Shown in pieces: positions 8,772 to 17,839 of a stretch of 37,461 nt of DNA. The stretch is from Parcubacteria group bacterium LiPW_41 (lineage in GTDB: Bacteria > Patescibacteriota > Minisyncoccia > UBA6257 > GWB1-50-10), in contig VMEM01000001.1 of the NCBI GenBank assembly GCA_007375535.1, positions 1 through 37,461 of the forward strand. The letters are read 5' to 3'. Each line of letters starts with the position of its first letter. Position 1 is the stretch's first letter. The translations under genes were made by a program, and so were the position numbers. The notes beneath the pieces are model-generated. The model was not told where the DNA came from. It did not search any database and worked only from the letters and a program-made list of their open reading frames with translations.

Positions 8772-8917
8772 CTTGAAAATTGGTTTTTCTTTTTTGGGGT
8801 CGAAGAGTATTTGAGCGCGCGAACGCGAAAAGTGAGTGGAACGAACGGCAGCGAAAAACTCGGGCTCCGAAGGAGGAGCGAAAGCGACGGGTGAGGAGGA
8901 CCCCCACCCCTGCTACT
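8772..8917 (+). mobile_element. tRNA-linked structured mini-element 2 (different core)
   Basis: 19-bp perfect direct repeat of the tRNA 3' end (8755-8773 = 8899-8917); antisense T-loop copy GGGGTCGAA at 8796-8804. Confidence 0.65.
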
Positions 8918-8923
8918 AGTAGG

Positions 8924-8943
8924 AAACACCATTGGTGTTTTTT
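8924..8943 (+). terminator. Hairpin plus T-tract after element 2
   Basis: AAACACC-ATT-GGTGTTTTTT. Confidence 0.55.
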
Positions 8944-8989
8944 ATTTAGAAATTCCATTAAATACAAATCTCTAGTATTCTCAATATAT

Positions 8990-9430
8990 ATGACAGAACA
9001 ACAAAAACTTCAAATTATTGAAATTGCCAAAAAACAAATTGGAAAACCATATGTTTTTGGAGCACACGAAGCAGAAGAAGGAGAGGTTTTCGATTGTTCA
9101 TCATTTGTACAATTTGTTTTTTCTTCAATAGGAATCGATCTACCACGAAGCAGCATCTTACAAGCAGGAGACGAAAAAGGAAAAGAAATAACGCTTGGAT
9201 CAGAACTAGAAGTCGGCGATCTTTTATTTATGCGTGGAGTACGCGGATATTATCGTGATTCATTTTTTGGTGGAAGAGAATTATATATTGGACATGTTGG
9301 TATCTATCTAGGAAACAATAAAATTATCCACGCACAAGCACATAAGGAACCACACGGAGTAATCGTAGAAACAATTGAAGAATTGGAAAAAGAGAAAAAT
9401 TATAAAATCAATTTAGTTAAACGATTCTAA
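8990..9430 (+). CDS. NlpC/P60 (C40) family peptidase
   Basis: GKPYVFGA, FDCSSFVQFVF, LPRSS..Q, GDLLF, GHVGIYLG..IIHA. Real start likely ATG 8990; the ORF-track extension runs through tRNA element 2. Confidence 0.92.
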   Translation: MTEQQKLQIIEIAKKQIGKPYVFGAHEAEEGEVFDCSSFVQFVFSSIGIDLPRSSILQAGDEKGKEITLGSELEVGDLLFMRGVRGYYRDSFFGGRELYIGHVGIYLGNNKIIHAQAHKEPHGVIVETIEELEKEKNYKINLVKRF

Positions 9431-9432
9431 TA

Positions 9433-9975
9433 ATGAAAAAAGTTCCTCAATATTCACAATTCCTTGATGTAACAAAAAAGGGATGGAAAATACGTGCATG
9501 CGGAGTTGCTTCACTTGCAATGGTCCTTGATCATTACAAAAAAAATAAAAAAACATCAATCGATAAACTTATTGATTATGGGGTTTCTATTGGAGCACAT
9601 AATAAAGAACTTGGATGGATACACTCAGGAATTGTAAATATTGCAAAACATGAAGGATTCAAAGGAGAACGCTACGACTGGAGAGATATAGACGCAAACA
9701 TTTCATTTAATAAAATGAATGAATATTTAAAGAACGGACCGATCATTGCCTCGATTCATAAAAACTTTAATCCAAAGAATTCAGGACACCTAGTTGTTGT
9801 CACATCAAAAAATAAATCACACATCACTATCCACGATCCAATTGCTCGGAAACGAGAACAAATAAAAAGGGAAATACCAATAGACGTATTCCTTACTGGG
9901 TGGAAGAAGCGAATTGTTGTTGTCCGTCCAAAATCAAAAAAGATTTGCGAATGCAAAAAAGGAATGATACAATAG
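9433..9975 (+). CDS. C39-like cysteine peptidase
   Basis: VPQYSQ...ACGVASLAMVL, GHLVVV, IHDP give the Q/C/H/D catalytic pattern. Confidence 0.85.
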   Translation: MKKVPQYSQFLDVTKKGWKIRACGVASLAMVLDHYKKNKKTSIDKLIDYGVSIGAHNKELGWIHSGIVNIAKHEGFKGERYDWRDIDANISFNKMNEYLKNGPIIASIHKNFNPKNSGHLVVVTSKNKSHITIHDPIARKREQIKREIPIDVFLTGWKKRIVVVRPKSKKICECKKGMIQ

Positions 9976-9991
9976 GTTTGTTCTAATAATT

Positions 9992-10065
9992 GCGGTGGTA
10001 GCTCAGCTGGTTAGAGCGCTGCCCTGTCACGGCAGAGGTCGAGGGTTCAATTCCCTTCCACCGCG
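9992..10065 (+). tRNA. tRNA-Asp(GUC); no encoded CCA
   Basis: GCGGTGG/CCACCGC acceptor stem, G73, CTGCC-CTGTCAC-GGCAG, GAGGG-TTCAATT-CCCTT. Confidence 0.96.
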
Positions 10066-10262
10066 CAGACAAAAAACATTCGTAAGAATGTTTTTTTGTT
10101 TGTTGGTGGAAGCGAGCCAACTGCTTGGCTCGCGTAGGGAATTGAAGCCCGGAGCGTTGTGTGAGTAGTAACGAACACCGCGAGGGCGGGCCCGTAGACA
10201 ATTGCGAGCGACGGCGAGCAATTAGTCGGAGTGGCAATTGCCTTCCACCGCGCAGACAAAAA
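10066..10262 (+). mobile_element. tRNA-linked structured mini-element 3 (homolog of element 1)
   Basis: 28-bp direct repeat with 1 mismatch (10048-10075 vs 10235-10262); antisense tRNA pieces GGTGGAA (10105-10111) and AGGGAATTGAA (10136-10146). Confidence 0.7.
10071..10097 (+). terminator. Terminator-like hairpin immediately after tRNA-Asp
   Basis: AAAAAACATTC-GTAA-GAATGTTTTTTT. Confidence 0.6.
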
Positions 10263-10291
10263 TATCGCCCCTTACTAGGGGCGATATTTTT
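10259..10291. terminator. Bidirectional terminator between the tRNA-Asp unit and gatA
   Basis: AAAATATCGCCCCT-TACT-AGGGGCGATATTTT. Confidence 0.8.
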
Positions 10292-11729
10292 ATTCTTTTT
10301 CGTACTCCTTTCCTACCGCAAACAAATCTGCCTCATGAAAATGTTTCCCAATAAGCTGAAAGTTCACCGGTAATTCCCCACTCCCCACAGCAAACTTTTT
10401 TACTGGAATTGAGATTCCTGGAAGTCCTGCAAGGTTCACTGGAATAGTGAAAATATCCGAAAGATACATAGAAAGTGGATCATTTGTCTTCTCTCCAAGC
10501 TTGAATGCTGGAGTTGGTGTAGTTGGTGTTAATATAACATCAACTTCATCAAACGCTTTTGCAAAATCTTGAGATATAAGCGTTCTTACCTTCTGTGCTT
10601 TTGAATAATATGCATCGTAATATCCAGACGAAAGTACAAACGTTCCAAGCAAAATTCTTCGTCGTGATTCCTTTCCAAATCCAACGCCTCGCGTTTTTAT
10701 ATATAGATCTTTAAGGTTCTCTACATCTTTTTTAATCTCACTCACTCCCAAATACCGAACGCCATCAAGACGCGCCAAGTTTGTTGAAACCTCTGCTGGC
10801 ATAATTATGTAATATGTCGACAATGCGTATTTTGTGTGTGGTAACGAAATTTCTTTAAATGAAAAACCAAGCTTTTTTAACCTCTCTATTGCATCACTTA
10901 TATATTTCGAAACATATGGATCAATTCCTTCAATAAAATATTCTTTCGGAATTCCAATAACCATTTTCCTTTCTTCCCCTATCGGTTTTGATCTCAATTC
11001 TTTTTTCTCAAAAGTAGTCGCGTCGTGTAAATCTTTTCCACGAATTGCATTAAAAAGAATTTCTGAGTCAGAAACGGTTTTTGAAAATGGTCCAATTTGA
11101 TCAAGACTCGATGCCATTGCAACAATTCCAAAACGAGACACCGCTCCATATGTTGGTTTCATTCCCACTACACCACACAAGGCCGCAGGCTGCCTGATTG
11201 ACCCACCGGTGTCCGATCCGAATGATCCAAGTGTTGCACCACACGCAACCGAAACCGCAGACCCACCAGACGAACCACCGGAAACACAGGTTTTATTATG
11301 AGGATTTTTCACTGGACCAAATGCGGAATTTTCGTTTGAAGAACCCATAGCAAACTCATCCATATTTGTTTTTCCAACAATTGTTGCGTTAAGTCCTTTT
11401 AATTTCTCAGCAACCCACCCATCATAACTTGCAACATACTCACTTAATATTTTTGATCCAGCGGTAGTAACCGACCCCTTCAAGAGCATGTTATCTTTCA
11501 GGGCAATTGGAACTCCACCAAGCAACGGCACATTTTCGCCGCGCGCGATCATTGCGTCTATTGTATCCGCAGAACGGATTGCATCCTCTTTTGTAAAAGA
11601 AATAAATGCATTCAAATCCTTGTTTTCTTCTATCGCTTTGTAACTTTCATCCATTGCTTCGCGCGCAGAAAATTCTTTTGCACACAACGCATCGTGAAAT
11701 TCTTGTATTGTTAGGTTTTTGATATCCAT
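10290..11729 (-). CDS. gatA: Asp-tRNA(Asn)/Glu-tRNA(Gln) amidotransferase subunit A
   Basis: Amidase signature GKTNMDEFAMGSS, GGSSGGSA, GSDTGGSIRQPAA; RRILLGTFVLSSGYYDAYY; follows gatC. Confidence 0.97.
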   Translation of the reverse strand: MDIKNLTIQEFHDALCAKEFSAREAMDESYKAIEENKDLNAFISFTKEDAIRSADTIDAMIARGENVPLLGGVPIALKDNMLLKGSVTTAGSKILSEYVASYDGWVAEKLKGLNATIVGKTNMDEFAMGSSNENSAFGPVKNPHNKTCVSGGSSGGSAVSVACGATLGSFGSDTGGSIRQPAALCGVVGMKPTYGAVSRFGIVAMASSLDQIGPFSKTVSDSEILFNAIRGKDLHDATTFEKKELRSKPIGEERKMVIGIPKEYFIEGIDPYVSKYISDAIERLKKLGFSFKEISLPHTKYALSTYYIIMPAEVSTNLARLDGVRYLGVSEIKKDVENLKDLYIKTRGVGFGKESRRRILLGTFVLSSGYYDAYYSKAQKVRTLISQDFAKAFDEVDVILTPTTPTPAFKLGEKTNDPLSMYLSDIFTIPVNLAGLPGISIPVKKFAVGSGELPVNFQLIGKHFHEADLFAVGKEYEKE

Positions 11730-11730
11730 A

Positions 11731-12027
11731 TTATTTTTCAAATACTGGTGGCACTTTCAATAAATTCCCCTCTCGATCAGGAAATGATTGAATTACAAGA
11801 TCTTTTTCAACTCGCAATTCACCATTTCTATCATCCCTCAATTCATTTACCGTAAGTGATCCACCCGTCTTTGGAAGAATTGCATCAGTGTTTACCTCTT
11901 TTAATTCGTCAAAATAAGACAAGATACCCTCTAAATCTGAGACAAGTGCTTCTTTTTCTTCTTTTTGAAGTCCAATACGGGATAAATCTGCGAGATGTTC
12001 AATTTCTTTTTCGGAAATATGAGTCAT
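11731..12027 (-). CDS. gatC: Amidotransferase subunit C
   Basis: IEHLADLSRI...IL.YFDELKEVNT...N.LRDD...KVPPV; immediately upstream of gatA. Confidence 0.93.
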   Translation of the reverse strand: MTHISEKEIEHLADLSRIGLQKEEKEALVSDLEGILSYFDELKEVNTDAILPKTGGSLTVNELRDDRNGELRVEKDLVIQSFPDREGNLLKVPPVFEK

Positions 12028-12102
12028 ATACACACTCTAATGAAGAAAATGACACAACGCAACACCAACCCAAAGATATAGCCAATGAGGTATAATGACC
12101 GT

Positions 12103-12714
12103 ATGAAGCTACATTGTATTACAAGAACGGTAGTGGGAAAGGGAGTGAAAAAACTACGCACGACAGGACAAATTCCAGCAGAACTTTTTGGAAATCACAT
12201 AGAAAACAGACATCTCTCAATCGACATAAAAGAATTTGCGCGGATTAATAAACTTGCAGGAACACATGGAGTTGTTGAGTTAATAATTGATAAAGAGGCA
12301 CCAATTAATGTGCTTATCACAGATGTAATAGAAAACCCATATGAACGGATGCCTCTTTCGATTGGCCTCCACGCGATTCGAATGGATGAAAAAATTCATA
12401 CATATATTCCAATAGTATATGAGGGAGAATCACCAGCAACAAAAGACGGACTTCCAATTATAAAACTCATAGACGAGGTTGAAATTGAGGCTCTTCCTAA
12501 AAATGTCCCAGAATCAATTATTGTTAAACTTTCAACACTTACAGAAAAAACACCAAAAGTTCACATAAAGGATCTTTCTGTTCCAAAAAATGTGAAAATA
12601 TTACATGCAGACCCGGATCAGGTTGTGGTAACAATTGGAGAAAAATCAGAAGAAGAGACAAAGGAAGTAATTCAGGATGTGATCGAAGAGAAAGTAACAA
12701 ACCAACCAGAATAG
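12103..12714 (+). CDS. rplY: 50S ribosomal protein L25 (Ctc-type)
   Basis: GKGVKKLR..GQIPAELFG, EVEIEALP..VPESI.V, acidic tail. Start ATG 12103, 6 nt after TATAAT. Confidence 0.9.
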   Translation: MKLHCITRTVVGKGVKKLRTTGQIPAELFGNHIENRHLSIDIKEFARINKLAGTHGVVELIIDKEAPINVLITDVIENPYERMPLSIGLHAIRMDEKIHTYIPIVYEGESPATKDGLPIIKLIDEVEIEALPKNVPESIIVKLSTLTEKTPKVHIKDLSVPKNVKILHADPDQVVVTIGEKSEEETKEVIQDVIEEKVTNQPE

Positions 12715-12813
12715 GAGTTTTATATAGAGAAAGAAGTGTTTTCCATTAGATGTTTATATGTCTAGTAAGGATTTTGTTTGCACGAGATTTAACGATATAC
12801 TTAATTAATAGAA

Positions 12814-14187
12814 ATGAAGCGCAGATTGTACACCGTTTGGATATATATAACGATCATCATTCTTGTTGGTCTTTTTGTTATATCTCCAAAAGCAAATGTA
12901 CGCGCAGAAGGAGATGATTCAATAACCGCTCAACAATCACAGATTGTTGATAAACAAACAGAGCGTGCAGAACTCGAACGCCAACTTGCGGAGCTCGAAA
13001 AAGAAATCGAAGATAATCAAAAGAAAATTTCTGAATACCAGAAACAGGGAAAAAGTTTGTCGGGAGAAATATCGACACTTAATGCAAAGATAAACAAAAT
13101 AACCTTGCAAATAAAAGGAATAAATTTGAATATAGCAAAACTCGGACAAGAAATAACCGAAACACAGAAAAACATAAACAATACCGAGAACAAGATAGAT
13201 GGGAACAGAGAAGCTCTCGCAAAAGGAATACAAATGCTCCACGAGTCGGATCAAGAACGTATGTTTAACATTCTCCTTTCACATGAAAAGCTTTCCGATT
13301 TTTTTGGGAACTTGAACGATATTGTGTTAATGCAGGAGGGAGTAAAATCAAAACTCGAAGAAACGAAGAAGCTTCGCCAAGAACTTCTAGAACAGAAACA
13401 ACAACTATCAGATGAGAAGCAGGATGTGGAAAATTTGAAAGCAATACAACTTGCTCAACAAAAAGCCGCACAAAGTACAAAAACACAAAAAAATACCCTA
13501 TTAAAAGATACCAAAGGAAAAGAATCTGAATATCAGAAAATATTAAAAAAGACACAAGAAAGTGCTGCTCAAATACGAAGTAGAATATTCGAATTGCTGG
13601 GCGGTGGAGAACTAACATTCGAAAAGGCATACAACCTTGCAAAAATAGCAGAGGGCGCATCAGGTGTGCGTGCCTCACTTATTCTTGCAATACTAAACCG
13701 AGAATCATTACTTGGAAAAAACGTTGGGCAGTGTACTTATCAGAAAGCAATGCATCCAACACGCGACATTCCATATTTCCTCGAGCTCACAAAACGACTT
13801 GGTGTTGATCCAGAAAAAGTAAAAGTTTCCTGCGCAAACCAACATGGTGCATACGGAGGAGCAATGGGACCAGCTCAATTCATTCCATCGACATGGAAGA
13901 TGTATGAGGCAAAGATTTCTGCAGTAACTAAAAGCTCCCCTCCTAACCCATGGAACAATTCAGATGCATTTACCGCAACTGGTGTATATATAGCCGACTT
14001 AATGAATACATCCGCATGTATTAATTATGGGAATCAAATTCCAGCCGAAAAAACAAAACTAAGAGAACGCTGTGCGGCCGCAATGTACTATGCTGGAGGT
14101 CGTTGGTACACCTACCGCTTCTGGTATGGAGAACCAGTGGTAACAAAGGCAGACCAATACGACAAAGATATCGATGCCATTAAATAA
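12814..14187 (+). CDS. Secreted/anchored coiled-coil protein with C-terminal lytic murein transglycosylase (SLT_2/MltB-like) domain
   Basis: N-terminal signal/TM, long coiled coil, AIL..ES catalytic-Glu motif, GGAMGPAQFIPSTW. Confidence 0.85.
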   Translation: MKRRLYTVWIYITIIILVGLFVISPKANVRAEGDDSITAQQSQIVDKQTERAELERQLAELEKEIEDNQKKISEYQKQGKSLSGEISTLNAKINKITLQIKGINLNIAKLGQEITETQKNINNTENKIDGNREALAKGIQMLHESDQERMFNILLSHEKLSDFFGNLNDIVLMQEGVKSKLEETKKLRQELLEQKQQLSDEKQDVENLKAIQLAQQKAAQSTKTQKNTLLKDTKGKESEYQKILKKTQESAAQIRSRIFELLGGGELTFEKAYNLAKIAEGASGVRASLILAILNRESLLGKNVGQCTYQKAMHPTRDIPYFLELTKRLGVDPEKVKVSCANQHGAYGGAMGPAQFIPSTWKMYEAKISAVTKSSPPNPWNNSDAFTATGVYIADLMNTSACINYGNQIPAEKTKLRERCAAAMYYAGGRWYTYRFWYGEPVVTKADQYDKDIDAIK

Positions 14188-14226
14188 AAAACTGCTAAGT
14201 TCTTGGACTTAGCAGTTTTTTATTTA
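14181..14226. terminator. Long palindrome, probable bidirectional terminator
   Basis: TAAATAAAAAACTGCTAAGT-TCTTGG-ACTTAGCAGTTTTTTATTTA between convergent genes. Confidence 0.8.
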
Positions 14227-16250
14227 ATAAGTTTAAGAAATTCCTTTTCTGAAAGAATTGGGATGTTTAACTCATTGGCCCTCTTTAATTTTGACCCAGG
14301 ATTTTCCCCAACTATAACGAATGTTGTGTTTCGAGAGACAGACTCAGAAATAGTTCCACCGAACATATTTATTATTTCCTTCGCTCTGTCTCGTGAGAGC
14401 CCCTCAAGGGTCCCAGTTATTACAAAAGTTTTCGATGTGAACTTTCCAACTTTCTTTTTAGAAGGAATGATGGAAACACCATATTTATGAAATTTTTGTA
14501 ATAATGCAATATTTTTTTCGCTTTGAAACCACTTAATAATACTCTCAGAGACCTTCGGTCCAACATCTTGAATTTCCTCCCACTCTTCTTTTTTTATTTT
14601 CGGATATTTTTTTATGAGCTCTAATATAGAAGACACAGGAAATCGCTCACTAATCACTCGAGCCGTTTCTTCCCCAACATGAATAATACCAAGCGCAAAA
14701 ATAAAACGAGCTTGCTGAACTACCTTCTTTTGGTTAATTTCTTTTATAATATTTTCTGCAGATTTTTCCCCAAATCGTTCTAATACCTTTATATCTCCCT
14801 CAGTAATAGAAAAGATATCTCCCGCATCAACGATGAGTCCCTCATCAAGGAATCTATCAATAATCTTTGCCCCCAGTCCACGCATATTAAGCGCATATCG
14901 AGAAACAAAATGATACAAAGATTCTTTATGTCTCGCACCACACCGTTCATTTGAACATTGATGAAATACACCATTCATAACAACTTTTGATCCATCAATC
15001 GGACATAGTTTAGGCATAGAAAACACCCGCTCTTTTCCTGTTCGAAGTTCCTTTATCACGCGTATTATCTTCGGTATAACATCTCCCGCCCTACTTATCA
15101 CCACAGTATCTCCAATCTTTAATCCCAAACGTTCTATTTCATCCGCATTGTGAAGTGTTGCATGCGTTATTATTGTTCCTCCGACAGATACAGGTTTTAG
15201 ATCTGCAACCGGGGTAAGAACACCAGTCCTACCGACTTGTATTCTAATGTTTTCAATTATTGTTGTTGCTTCCCGAGGTGTAAATTTGTATGCAATTGCT
15301 CCACGTGGTATTTTTCCAATTATTCCCAAAGAATCAAACAGCCGCGCATCGTTTAAAAGAACTACAATTCCGTCAATTTCGTATTCTAATTTTTCTCGTT
15401 TTTGCTCCCAATTATTTCTTATTTTTATGACCTCATTTATATCTTTTGCACACACGTTATGTTTGTTTGTAGTAAAACCCCACGAAGCAAGTGCTTTGTG
15501 TTTTTCTTCGTGTGTAGAAAACTGCTTCTCTGCGTCCCCTACAATATCATACTGAAATGACTCTAATTTCCTTGACGCAGTGATTTTTGGATCAAGCTGT
15601 CTAAGAGAGCCTGCTGCAAGATTTCTTGTGTTTGCATATATCTTTAATCCATTCTTCTTTTGTTCAGCATTTACTCGCTCTAATTCTTTTTTGGTAAGAA
15701 ATATTTCACCCCTCACAATAAGCTCATCTGGAATTTGAATAGTTCCCAACTGCATTAGTTTTTGTGGAATAGACTTAATTGTTGAAATATTTTGAGTTAC
15801 ATCTTCTCCAATCTTTCCATCACCCCGAGTAGATGCACATACAAGGAATCCCTTTTTATAAATGAGTTCTATAGCAAGTCCATCGATTTTTAATTCACAA
15901 TAATATTCCTTTTTTTCCAATGATTCTTTTGTGATTTTGAGGAAATTTGAAAGCTTTTCAACCCACTCCTTCATCTCATCTTCATCAAATGCATCTTGGA
16001 GGGAGAGCATTGGATACTCATGTTTTACCTTTGTAAATTTTTCAAGAGGAACACCGCCAATACGATGAGTTGGGGAATTTTCTGAGGTAATATTCGGATG
16101 TTTTTTTTCTAATCCTTCAAGTTCTTCCTTTAGAGCATCAAACGCCGCGTCTGAAATTTCAGGGTCATCAAAAGTATAGTATCGCGACTGATGATACTCT
16201 ATGGTCTTTCGAAGTTTTTCTATGCGGTCGTATAGCTCTTTTTTCTCCAT
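14220..16250 (-). CDS. ligA: NAD-dependent DNA ligase
   Basis: YY..D.PEISDA.FD, ELKIDG, TRGDG..GEDVT, RNLAAGSLRQLD, QVGRTG, C-terminal BRCT (FVITGTL...GENPGSKL). Likely start ATG 16250. Confidence 0.97.
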   Translation of the reverse strand: MEKKELYDRIEKLRKTIEYHQSRYYTFDDPEISDAAFDALKEELEGLEKKHPNITSENSPTHRIGGVPLEKFTKVKHEYPMLSLQDAFDEDEMKEWVEKLSNFLKITKESLEKKEYYCELKIDGLAIELIYKKGFLVCASTRGDGKIGEDVTQNISTIKSIPQKLMQLGTIQIPDELIVRGEIFLTKKELERVNAEQKKNGLKIYANTRNLAAGSLRQLDPKITASRKLESFQYDIVGDAEKQFSTHEEKHKALASWGFTTNKHNVCAKDINEVIKIRNNWEQKREKLEYEIDGIVVLLNDARLFDSLGIIGKIPRGAIAYKFTPREATTIIENIRIQVGRTGVLTPVADLKPVSVGGTIITHATLHNADEIERLGLKIGDTVVISRAGDVIPKIIRVIKELRTGKERVFSMPKLCPIDGSKVVMNGVFHQCSNERCGARHKESLYHFVSRYALNMRGLGAKIIDRFLDEGLIVDAGDIFSITEGDIKVLERFGEKSAENIIKEINQKKVVQQARFIFALGIIHVGEETARVISERFPVSSILELIKKYPKIKKEEWEEIQDVGPKVSESIIKWFQSEKNIALLQKFHKYGVSIIPSKKKVGKFTSKTFVITGTLEGLSRDRAKEIINMFGGTISESVSRNTTFVIVGENPGSKLKRANELNIPILSEKEFLKLIK

Positions 16251-16251
16251 A

Positions 16252-16749
16252 TTAGTTACCCGAAGCAGTGATGATTGTATAATCAAGCACTCTTTCTGCC
16301 CGAACCGTAGTTCCTTTTGAAAGGATAAAAATTCCTTTTACTGTATCCTCTACTCCTGGTTGTGGCTTGCAAGAATCTATTTTTGTTTTATCAGTAGGAT
16401 CTACAAAGCAAGAAAGCTCTGCTTTTGATGATGCAAGCGACTTACACTGTGCTGGATTGCTACAATCATCATTCGTTTTTCCCAACATCTGCGTATCCGC
16501 TGATTTATCACAGTATGTATCAATATCATTACCTTCGTGATTTTCTCTATAATAGCAATATATCGCATTTTCTATACCAGTATCTGCTGCATAAAAAGCT
16601 GCAGCTGTTTGCCCTGCGTCTCCTGCTTGTCTAATTTGAAAAAATAATACAAACCCTGCAATTGCGGTTGCAGAAAGAAGTGCACCACCGATAAGTACAG
16701 TGCTTAAAATCATAACCTGTCCTTCTTTTTTTCTTACATTGATTTGCAT
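16252..16749 (-). CDS. PilX-like minor pilin
   Basis: KKEG|QVMILSTVL class III-like signal lacking E5; AFYAADTGIENAIY motif. Confidence 0.75.
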   Translation of the reverse strand: MQINVRKKEGQVMILSTVLIGGALLSATAIAGFVLFFQIRQAGDAGQTAAAFYAADTGIENAIYCYYRENHEGNDIDTYCDKSADTQMLGKTNDDCSNPAQCKSLASSKAELSCFVDPTDKTKIDSCKPQPGVEDTVKGIFILSKGTTVRAERVLDYTIITASGN

Positions 16750-17303
16750 TGATAAGGGTCCCCCTTCATATCAATAGGGAGTATTCGCGACGTAACTGTG
16801 GTCTGCACATTTATTGCTTCCTCCGGTTTATCCATACCAACACCTTTTGGAACTGCTGAAATAACTATTGTGATTCTCCACGGCTGACACTTATCCTTCT
16901 GATTAACAATAAATGTTGCATTTTTTATTACTACATCCGTTGGCGTTATTTGTGTCGATTGTGCGGCCGTTCTTACTATCTTGTCTCCATCAAACGAATA
17001 GGTAACATCAACAGGATTCTCTATGTCATGAGTAGCAAAACTCTTAAACGCTAATGATCCCATCGGCTGATTGTGCTGAACTATTGGAAAATCATACCCA
17101 ACACGCACTTCACGCGATATTGTCTCTATTGCAGTTCCGAGTGCACTTGTTATAACAATTCGACGTGCAAGCGTTCGCTGTACCTGAAGAATGCGAGTAA
17201 ACGACCCAACTGCAACCGCGAGAAAAATAACAAAAATTGCAGACGCCACAAGAAGCTCAATAACAGTAAATCCTTTTTTGTTTTCTAAAATATTTTTCTT
17301 CAT
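16734..17303 (-). CDS. Minor pilin with prepilin N-terminal methylation motif
   Basis: KKG|FTVIELLV. Confidence 0.88.
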   Translation of the reverse strand: MKKNILENKKGFTVIELLVASAIFVIFLAVAVGSFTRILQVQRTLARRIVITSALGTAIETISREVRVGYDFPIVQHNQPMGSLAFKSFATHDIENPVDVTYSFDGDKIVRTAAQSTQITPTDVVIKNATFIVNQKDKCQPWRITIVISAVPKGVGMDKPEEAINVQTTVTSRILPIDMKGDPYQCKSM

Positions 17304-17307
17304 ATTA

Positions 17308-17838
17308 CTATGATGGATTCTTTCTCCAATTCATAAACGTATTAGAAATTTGCACCTCCTCTTCTGTTCCACGGTTATCCCACCGAACAATCGAATATAT
17401 CACAACCGCATCTCCCTGCACGTCAACCACAACACTCCTCTTAAACGGGGTCTCTATCGTTCCCTCCTCATATGAATATACTCCGCTATCAGACCGCTTT
17501 AAAAAACGGGGACTCCTTCCCCCAGTTGGGAAATAGACACAAGGAAATTCATCAACGACATCACACGAATAATCAACTTCATACATTCCTTTTTTTACTC
17601 TGTTTGTTCCATCCCACCCATTCGTTGCTTTATACAAATCAGTATCAAGTGCGTTTTTCATTATTTCTATTCCTTCAGTAGCAAGATTTGTTGCAACAAA
17701 TTTATTTAATGCATCAACATTTAATTGAAATCCACGAGAAACAAGCGCAACAATACCACTGAAACTCATAACAATGAGAGATAAACCAACCATCGCTTCA
17801 ATAAGAACGCTCCCTGAATTTTTCTTTAAAAGATTCAT
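17308..17838 (-). CDS. Minor pilin (PilV/GspI-like)
   Basis: SG|SVLIEAMV plus a hydrophobic helix; ATNLATEGIE motif. Confidence 0.78.
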   Translation of the reverse strand: MNLLKKNSGSVLIEAMVGLSLIVMSFSGIVALVSRGFQLNVDALNKFVATNLATEGIEIMKNALDTDLYKATNGWDGTNRVKKGMYEVDYSCDVVDEFPCVYFPTGGRSPRFLKRSDSGVYSYEEGTIETPFKRSVVVDVQGDAVVIYSIVRWDNRGTEEEVQISNTFMNWRKNPS

Positions 17839-17839
17839 A

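Noticed and set aside
8219-8989. ORFs 8219-8557, 8294-8596, 8717-8932, 8731-8967 and the 8780 extension of NlpC/P60
   Set aside because: They overlap tRNAs and structured elements; similarity to the 9983-10237 ORF reflects the shared non-coding core.
8772-10262. Prophage or integrative island bounded by tRNA att sites
   Set aside because: Each direct-repeat pair encloses under 190 bp; no pair brackets the peptidase genes and there is no integrase.
9983-10373. Four short ORFs around tRNA-Asp
   Set aside because: They overlap the tRNA, element 3, terminators or gatA, with no protein motifs.
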